A DNA stretch of 64,000 bases from Balanoglossus misakiensis (lineage: Eukaryota > Animalia > Hemichordata): positions 6,603,579 to 6,667,578 of the forward strand of contig CM082593.2 of NCBI GenBank assembly GCA_040954595.2. Direction: 5' to 3'. The translations under genes were made by a program, and so were the position numbers. Of this stretch, positions 55,492 to 64,000 are shown in pieces. The notes beneath the pieces are model-generated. The model saw only the letters and a program-made list of their open reading frames with translations, searched no databases and was not told the DNA's origin. Position 1 is the stretch's first letter. Each line of letters opens with the position of its first letter.

Positions 55492-57306
55492 ATGAATGAT
55501 TAATGTCTATGTTTTATATTGGAATGTGGGTGTCGATTTCTAAATCGCTTGTTGTCTGTTTCGTGCGTTCGCCCGTTAGCGCAGCCAAAAGACGTCGCTT
55601 GTCAGTTACGTCGGCAGCCATGTTGTAAGTTAATATCACAGGTAGTTCATCTGGCATGAGTCTTCATGGTGGAATGAGCCGGAGAAACTGGTTAGAGCCT
55701 ATATCAGTAACGACGATGCATTTAATTTGTGTATTGTTACGTACGTGAGGTGTGCGCCGTTGGAGTTGTTGTACTGGGTGTCATGGTAACGTATCAACAT
55801 TCTAGAATCTAGGTCTGGCACATGCAACTGAGACGCTGACGCTACAATGTGCATGATATGACTTTATGATACCGTCTTTTCTTCATTACCGCCTAATTTT
55901 CCGGTGTTTACGTGTACTAAGTAAGGTTTTCAAACATTCATTTGCATTTGATTATGGTGTTCAAGTTGCAATGTTCTTTACGTCACGGGTGCATGGCTTC
56001 AGACAGGATGCTCAGTGAACCAGACTTGCACGAATAGTTTGAGTCCTTTTGACGGCGTATTTCATGTTTGCCATAGACTTGTCGATATGTTTGCATGGCT
56101 CAGATGGCTGCCATGTGTATGTTGCTGCGTGGCAGTGTTGGTAGTTGTGGTGGAAAGACAGCTTATGTTTTTGGTCGTCGAGTGGTCACCGCGGCTTTAC
56201 AGATGGGCATACTGAGGACAACGCCCTCACCGCCGCATCGAAGCTTTCTTTCTACAGCTAAAATGCTATTATACTGGGAATTTCTGTGGATTGGAATTCT
56301 GTGTGTTAGGAGCGTCCTGAAAATAATCCACTGTCCATACTTTGAGTGACTATATTTCGTGTTTGTTTGTGTGGCCGATATACGAACGCACTGAAAACCG
56401 GTTTCGAAGTTGCATGCGGATAGTTGCAGTTTGTGTTCCCGTAGACCTTGGAGTGACATGGTCTATGGTTATCAAGTCATCACAGAAACTGTCAATTATC
56501 AATTTAGATTAGTCAAAAGGAGGTTTGTGTCGATCGTGAGACATCACCCATTTCCAAGATCTTCAGTCATCTTGACACAACGAAGAAGTTCCAGCAGATT
56601 TGGGGCTGTTATGTTTTATCATAGTCTGAGTAAAAGACTGCTTTTTACAAAAGATTCATTCATTCATTCATCGATAACGCTTGAAATAAAGTTACACAAC
56701 TTTTTCGTTTTGAATAAATTGAAATATGACGAACAATGAGAATACTTGTGTCCGTGTCTTTTCTGTGATAGTACTTTCCTGTTTCATGTGGTCGTTGCAA
56801 TCTTGGATGTATCAGGACCTGGATATCATTGATTATCAAGAGAGAGGCGGGAGTGGGGCGTTTTTCTTGACAGGCATCACTCCACTATGATGCAAACATA
56901 GCCTTCATCATGCAGTGGGTTGTCCTTGACGACAATGTTTAGTAGGCGCAACCAGATAAACTCGACAAGGGTCGTGGGAAGATGACTTTGCCAATGTAAT
57001 TATGTAACTATTAATGTGATGGGGTGATATCGTGAAAACTAAGCTATACAGAATGGAAATTCGATTTGTTAGATGCAGAAAGGAAACATTTTTTTGTAAA
57101 AATTTAGACTCCAATATTCGCTGTCGAACGCAGAAACTGATGAAGAGTATGTATGTATACGTATAGGGTATGATTGCTTAGAAAGTTAGGGGGCCCGGGT
57201 TGCGCTAATTTTGACCAATAAAAGCACCCCTATTATCATGGGTTTGGATAACGTTTTACTGGCCAATCGGATAGCGCTTTACAGTTCTCGAAAGAAATTA
57301 CGAAAA

Positions 57307-59257
57307 ATGGCGGCTACCAAACAGGCCACGAAAAACAGCATCACTCTGAAAGGATCGGCTGAGATGGTCGCAGAGTTCTTTCGTGAGTATTTCATTAATT
57401 GGGAGCATATCCATTCAACTGCAGCCCAACTGCACACATTTTACATATGTGTAAAACTGCAACCCGTGGTCACATTTTAAAAAAAATAACGCGTTCGGTG
57501 ACAGACCTCCATGGGATGACCTGACAAGTGACATGTTGCGGATCAGTAGCCCTAGACTGTTTGTGTTAGAAAGTGGTGCTACCGAAGCAAGATCTGGATG
57601 TGCATTGAAGTGTCACAGTTGATCAACAGCCTCTCCCTAGGAACTATCCCTGCGGTTCAACCATTAACCCCATAACAAGCCACTCGCCCCCCCCCCCCCC
57701 TTGGGTTCAAAGGTCACATTTGTTCATGTTATTGTAACCTCGCTGATCACTGCAATTCCTTACCCCCAGATTATGGAATCAACAACCTGCTTTATCAGAG
57801 AGGCATATACCCGCCAGAGACGTTCACCAGGGTTCAGAAATACGGCTTGACCATACTAGTAACTACAGAGGACTCGCTGAAGGATTATCTGTCTAATGTG
57901 CTCACTCAGTTGAAAGGTACGTTATGTAGAGAAATTGCTCGTACGTGCCTGGCTGATCATACAACATTATTGTATGTACAAGATTATCTGGGAAATTTTG
58001 CTTTCCACTGTCCAGTGATGTTTGCGGAAACATAACTATACCACAGTCGCATGCGACACACCCCTTTAAGTTTTGGAAAACAATGAAAGCTCATTTACAT
58101 AACACTTATAAAAAGTGGCAACTTGTGCTTCCGTGAAGTTTCTAGAAGCTTGATACCATAGACATGCGTGTTCTGTTCTCACACAAACATTTCCTCTTTC
58201 AGATTGGTTAGTTGAGAAAACAGTTCAGAAGGTTGTCCTTGTGGTAAACGACATAGATACCAATGAAGTTCTGGAAAGATGGCAGTTTGATATTGAATGT
58301 GACAAATCAGTAACAGAAGACAGGTGAGATTAATAATTATATGGATGACATCACAATAGTATGTTATGTGCCCTCAAAGTCAGTATGACAAGACACGACA
58401 CCACTAATGCAGTGCTCCCCCTAAACCAGTATGAACCACTGATGAAGGTTGTGTACAGATTTTCACATTAAAAATGTAAAAATATTTTCTGACACTACGA
58501 TATCAGATTTGAACAGTTGACTCTTGAGGTCATACAGTACGGTGACATTAAAAAAAATTCTATGTCTCTGCAGTAAACCGAGAAAAGTAGTTGAGGAAGA
58601 CATCCACAAAGGCATTAAAGCAGTCATCAGACAAATCACAGCCTCTGTTACGTTCTTACCACTTCTTGAAGGAGCAAGTAAGTTTCTCTTCCAATAGCTA
58701 TGTAATATTGAGTTGTATTTGAGACATGCCATGGTTGACAGTACTGTCAGTTGCTAACAAAAGTTGTATCTTTGTTGAGCAAGAAATTAGGGTTGGTTGA
58801 CCCATGACAGAAATAAAAGTAGAAACAGCCCACCCTATAGGGTAGCAACTATAACAGCTCACGTAATAACACCTAGACTCTCTCACAGCCCCTCTCGCGG
58901 TCCATGCAGGCTTATAGTCTGATTGCGTGTGTGAAGGTTCACTACACAACACCGTATGGGGCTTCTCCTTTGCTAAACGGTTGAGGGCACGTCAGTGAAG
59001 AGTCTTGTAGTACACCGTGGGCTGTGAGAGAGTCTAAATAACACCATGTTTTATATTATTCATTCACTGTTTCTCCATTCCTTTTCCCAGCGGTCTTTGA
59101 CTTGCTGATTTACACGGACAAAGACGCAGACACACCGGAGCAGTGGGAAGAGTCGGGACCCCAGCTAATACCCGGAGCACAGGAGGTCAGACTCCGGTCG
59201 TTCACCACGACTATTCACAAAGTGGGCGCGATGGTGGCTTACAAAGGAGACCAGTGA
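57307..59257 (+). CDS. MAD2L1: Mitotic spindle assembly checkpoint protein MAD2A (HORMA domain), five exons: 57307-57382, 57770-57916, 58203-58323, 58574-58677, 59091-59257 (204 aa)
   Basis: Spliced product contains ITLKGSAEMVAEFF, GINNLLYQRGIYPPETFTRVQKYGLT, EVLERWQFDIECDK, VIRQITASVTFLPLLE, FDLLIYTDKD, WEESGP, VRLRSFTTTIHKV. GT-AG introns, frame-consistent (615 nt). CCAAT boxes at ~57215 and ~57263. Confidence 0.96.
58874..59036. mobile_element. 163-bp MITE in MAD2L1 intron 4 with 18-bp perfect TIR and 9-bp TSD (AcademH-like)
   Basis: AATAACACC|TAGACTCTCTCACAGCCC...GGGCTGTGAGAGAGTCTA|AATAACACC. Confidence 0.9.
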
Positions 59258-61086
59258 GAGGGGAGCCCAGCTGTCACTGAAGGAACGCTTGTCTTGTCTG
59301 ACTTTGCTGAACATAAACGGTCAGATTCAAATGGAGAAAAAAATTACAAAAGAATATTTAGTATATAATTCTCACCAGCGAGTAATTTCACAAGCATTTA
59401 ACGTGTTTGGTACCAGGGTAACCATGAAGAAAGTCGGTTTGAGCTGATACGTGAAGGACCAGCTTTGCCTGCTCGGCTAGAAGTTTAAAACAACCTGTTT
59501 GCAGCACCGGCCACTGCAGAGAACACTATCTGTCAACAAAAATCCTCAGCAGGACTGGGACTAGCTAACACTAACAGACAACCCACTGCCAGCCCAAGAA
59601 GGAAATGCATTGTCAACATGACTGCTGATATACGTCATGGGTGTGATGTGGGGAGAAAACAACTCACGTCAATGTTTGATGATGAATGAGTACAGCTGCT
59701 AAGTGGAAAAGAACCATCAAACTCACACAAGCATTGTCTAATTTTTATCATGATGATATCCAGGTACTGAATACCTGCCCCTAGAGTTTCCAAATATGAT
59801 TGCTAATCAAATGGCGAGTTCACAGGGTAATTTGATGTGAGGCTTGCTACTATCCCATAGGTAGGATAGACACAGCAAAGTCAAAGCAGAATAGATTTGT
59901 AAAAGACATGTCAAATGTTTTAAAGCTAACCACATTGCCTTATTTGTTGTATACAGACACATATGTAGCTTTTTTCACTGCCTTCATGAGTTGTTGATCA
60001 AGTCATGAATAAAATACTGGTCTTATTGTTTGCACAGAAAGATAACTTTTACAGAAGACATTATAATATTGACTGAAATGTTTACAAAGGGGGAGAAAGC
60101 ATTGCTATGAATATAAACACAATTTTTGATAATTTGGCAATTATTTCCAGTGGTGGTATGTGCATTATCAAGTGTTTGTATGTATGTTTGTGTACTCATG
60201 TACCAAGATCTGAACACTTATTTTGTGAGTGATTATGGGCGAAGGTGGTGTAGCGCCCCCTAGAGCCCACAAGACGCAGCAAATCCACAACTGTCAAAAG
60301 ATATCTCATATTTTTCAATAAGGAAACCAATTTTTACACTACATGTGTTCCAAGTAAATTTACTTTTCAAGTAAATTTTAAGTAGGAGATGGGGAATCGT
60401 GACCATAATGTGGCATTTCTAAGTTTATCAGAAAATGACAAGGGACCAATGTAAATGTCATAATATATATCTCAATGAAAACACAAATTTTGCACCCGTG
60501 TGAATATTGATATTCTAACTTTCAGACAATTCTCGCTGATTCTTCCAGAATGATACTTTATTTTGTATACTATTAAAGAGTCAGATATTTTTTGTAAATT
60601 AGATGAATAAATTTTGTTACATTTGTGACACTGGGTTTCATGGATTCTTTTCTTTATGCCAAATTTCAATGTTGAACATGCAGACTTATGAAAGGAGTCA
60701 TGAAAATGACCTGTGCCTGAATCAAAAAAGAAAACCACTCTAAGACACTGTATACAACTACTGCACATTTGCAATCTCAATCTCTCTCTCCCACACACAC
60801 ACAATAATATTTGAAACACAAGACATACTGAACTAGAAAAGTTGTATAAACTTTTTTTCGTGTGTTAATCCTGTAAAGACACATACAGAACAAGACCGTG
60901 AAAATATACAGATCATGAAATACTTGTCATAATTCTCTGAAAAGCTCATTCCACTTTGAACTGATATCCCTGAACAAATTTATCACCTAAAGGATTACAA
61001 TGTGCATTTCATCCAATAATTATAAAATCAGAAGAAATACATTAAAGATTGCTGTTCTCAGTAAGTATAATTCAGCTACTGTCCAA

Positions 61087-61264
61087 CTCTAACAGATCAT
61101 TTGATGAAGTATCTTCACTATGATTGGCTGATTCAACTGTCATAAAAGGCTATCCAACCAATAAGCTTCAAATGCTCTAAAAGATCATTTGATGAAGTAT
61201 CTTCACTATGATTGGCTGATTCAACTGTCATAAAAGGCTATCCAACCAATAAGCTTCAAATGCT
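61087..61264. repeat. Near-perfect tandem duplication, 88-bp period, two copies
   Basis: CTCTAA(C/A)AGATCATTTGATGAAGTATCTTCACTATGATTGGCTGATTCAACTGTCATAAAAGGCTATCCAACCAATAAGCTTCAAATG starts at 61087 and 61175. Confidence 0.95.
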
Positions 61265-63600
61265 TAGGATTTTGGACCAATCAGATTTCAGTGTTTATCA
61301 CGAGTTTCAGGCAATGCAAGCTACAATTGATGACCACTTTCAAAATGACTACATACAATGTACATTTGCCTTGAAAGCAGTAGATCGAAAAATACAACAG
61401 ATATAATATGACATACAATGCAAATAACACTGTCAACCAACATGCATATTGCTTGGTGGTTTTGTTGGATGATATATATTATTTGCATATTCTTTTGGCA
61501 GAATGTAAATTCTTAAGTAAAATACAGCACCATTCTTTAAAAAGATTATCAATGACTTGAAATGTTAGATATCTGAAAATTCTCTTAATTAAAAATTTCT
61601 AAAAAGTACAAACATCGAATGATGTTTACTCTTTGTGTACATGAACATTTACAGATTTCGCTACACCAATAAATCTTGGTTTTTGAAACTTAGTCCATTT
61701 AATAAATTCTCAAAATGTCTTTGCATCAGCCCTGTACCAGGTTGTATAATTATGCAATAATAAAAATTCTATGACATCACGGAAAATGGTGGTTTTATGT
61801 AATAGCCAAGAGGGCACACTGCTTGTATTACAGATCTTTACATCAATATCTAACCGTACTGGTCAAGTGTATTTCATATTGTGTGTCACTTTTTCATGTG
61901 TGCCACCATCTACTGACCAGTGAATGCACACCAAAAGCGCCAATGCTAAAAAAAAGTCTTATACATTACAGTAAGTATTTCGGATTATAGATGTTTACGT
62001 TTGATAAAATGAGTATAAAAATCACAGAAGTTTCCCTATAGTACTGGTTTGATACAGTTATTGCTATGAAAGATTGTTTTTGCATGTGCCTGGGGTTTGT
62101 GAAAGGAATTCACCCCCACTAAGATGGCTTTCAGAAAATCTGAAATAGAAAAGAAATGTAGAAATTCTGCATCAAATTCACCAGGTGTTCTGTAGCCACC
62201 CACCAGCAAACCCAAACCAAATTTGCACGACACATTTTTTTTTCTTTAAATTTTCAACCCCAAAGAACCAGAACTCACAATGTTTTGTGAGAAAATGAAG
62301 AGACACGATAAAAAGTGATAAAAATATAGTATTTGACAGTCAAAGTTTCATATTGACAAATTCTGTAGCTATCCAAAATGCAGCAAAATATATAGAGCAG
62401 GCTTTTCTAAAACGAAGAGACATTCTATACAAGAACAGGTAAATGCTACGTCTCACTGAATGCTGTACTTTATATAATGTACTTGTTCATGTTGTGATAA
62501 TAAAGTGACATATAGGCCCATAATGGGCTGGGATGTTTATTCCTCGTGTCACTGTAATAAACCACACTACTACTGACTACCTAGGAAGCAAATGAAATTA
62601 GCAACTGTGGTCTAAACAGGTCATAACACTTAACTACATCACAATTTCAATTCAGCAACCTCTCCCTTTCACTGACAAACACACTTGGTGATCTCAATTG
62701 AAATGGCGTGATTTGCATACTTGAAGATCATCGCTATTCAGGCCCCCAAGTAAATGACTTCGTTAAGTCCTGGCATTCACTGACTTTGAACAGTGCAGGA
62801 CTAAAGAATGCTATTCATGTTCTAGAACTTTCTGAGCTCTGAAAGTCAAAATCTTGTTTTGACTCAAACAAGCCCCGTCATTCACAATCTCTTCCTTCCT
62901 TCCAAAGTCTACCAAAAGTTCGACTATTGATAAAATAATAGTGATTGATCCATGACTGGATGTGAAAGAATGTTTTCACAATGAAATACATACAGCAGAA
63001 CCTTGAACTTGGTCTTTGGGAAGACAAAACTTTTTGATTGATGCTGAGTATATGTATACCCCTCGGTAATTCTGTATCTACCTTCTGATTACTATTTTTT
63101 TTTTTTTTTTTGCTTCTTGGCCTCAACAAATGACAGCAGAGAAAAAAACACAATTCCAAATGGAGCAAAACAAGATAAAGGCTTTGTCTTTCCCACCACC
63201 GATTTTAACTTCATTACACACCATTGTAAAGTTCTTGCACAGCCACAATGGAATTCAGATAAACTCATCTTGATCTTAACCCTCAGCCCTCATTCAAGGG
63301 CTTTGTTCCATCCAGCCTTTCAATTGCAAAGACACATTACCCCCGAATTAACAGGGCACATACCAACAACTTATAAACCCTGGACAGATAACTCACGATC
63401 ATAGTGAAAGGGCACATATTACATAACACAAACTTTTCAAAAAAGTACTGAAGTTTAAGTCACTTCTCGAAGCAACATTGCATTTCTCAACTTTTACAGA
63501 AAAAAATGTCAGTACAACATGATCTAAAGTTCCAAACGTCTTCAAGTATATGCCGGCCGCTCTCCCGAAGCACCTATAGTAGAACTGAAAGTCATTTTAA

Positions 63601-63685
63601 CCTTTTCACCCCCATTTCTCTTTATAGAGGTCCAACTTTACCATAGAAAACAATAGATTTGGACCAAACTATGGTTGTGAAAGGG
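63601..63685. mobile_element. 85-bp MITE with TTAA target site and CCY termini (piggyBac-like)
   Basis: TTAA|CCTTTTCACCCCCAT...ATGGTTGTGAAAGGG|TTAA. Confidence 0.7.
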
Positions 63686-64000
63686 TTAAATTGAGCCAAT
63701 CAAGAGATCATGACAACGTATTTATGGTGTGTAGTTTTCACGACGAGAATGATTCTGATAATTAAGTAACAACTTTTCTTAATACAAAATCAGAACTCCA
63801 GCACAATTTCCCATACCTCCAGTTCTGGTTGTGTATAAAGTAAAGACCATCCCACGATATGAATTTTCCAACCTTATAAACTCATTTAATGATGCTCTCA
63901 AAAAGTAACAATGCTACTCAATGTTTCAGTTACTCCAAAACTCTGCAGCATAGAAAAAGTTGTAAGCACATGGCTATGAAGAAAACACATAGCATAAAGT

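Noticed and set aside
60000-64000. Possible long 3'UTR of a convergent minus-strand gene
   Set aside because: Only compositional hints (AT-rich, TTTATT hexamers); no exon or ORF evidence within the window.

Overview
Animal genomic DNA with canonical GT-AG introns, probably from an invertebrate deuterostome (inferred from CatSper3, the bHLH genes and the marine-invertebrate-type MITEs; not proven). All genes are on the + strand, in this order: (1) the 3' coding end of the atonal-family bHLH gene Atoh8/net (from 3; missed by the ORF track); (2) three tandem intronless melatonin-receptor-like class A GPCRs (7.5-13.8 kb), the first with one nonsense codon, the array bracketed by ~560-620 bp inverted repeats; (3) a six-exon CatSper3 sperm Ca2+ channel gene (15356-17970); (4) a single-coding-exon neurogenin (34829-35461) inside a ~36 kb gene-poor interval; (5) a five-exon MAD2L1 (57307-59257). 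The most unusual signal is at 53.9-56.2 kb: two tandem ~320-nt units, each behind a CRE plus a TATA(-like) box. Their sequence differences mostly preserve a series of RNA hairpins, pointing to an unrecognised structured RNA family. The same units carry a conserved short ORF (MTDWKWVLS...) and an AUG-less +1 frame, and a possible third diverged member follows. Several MITEs (TTAA-type and 9-bp-TSD type) and microsatellites are also present. All alignments and folds were done by eye.
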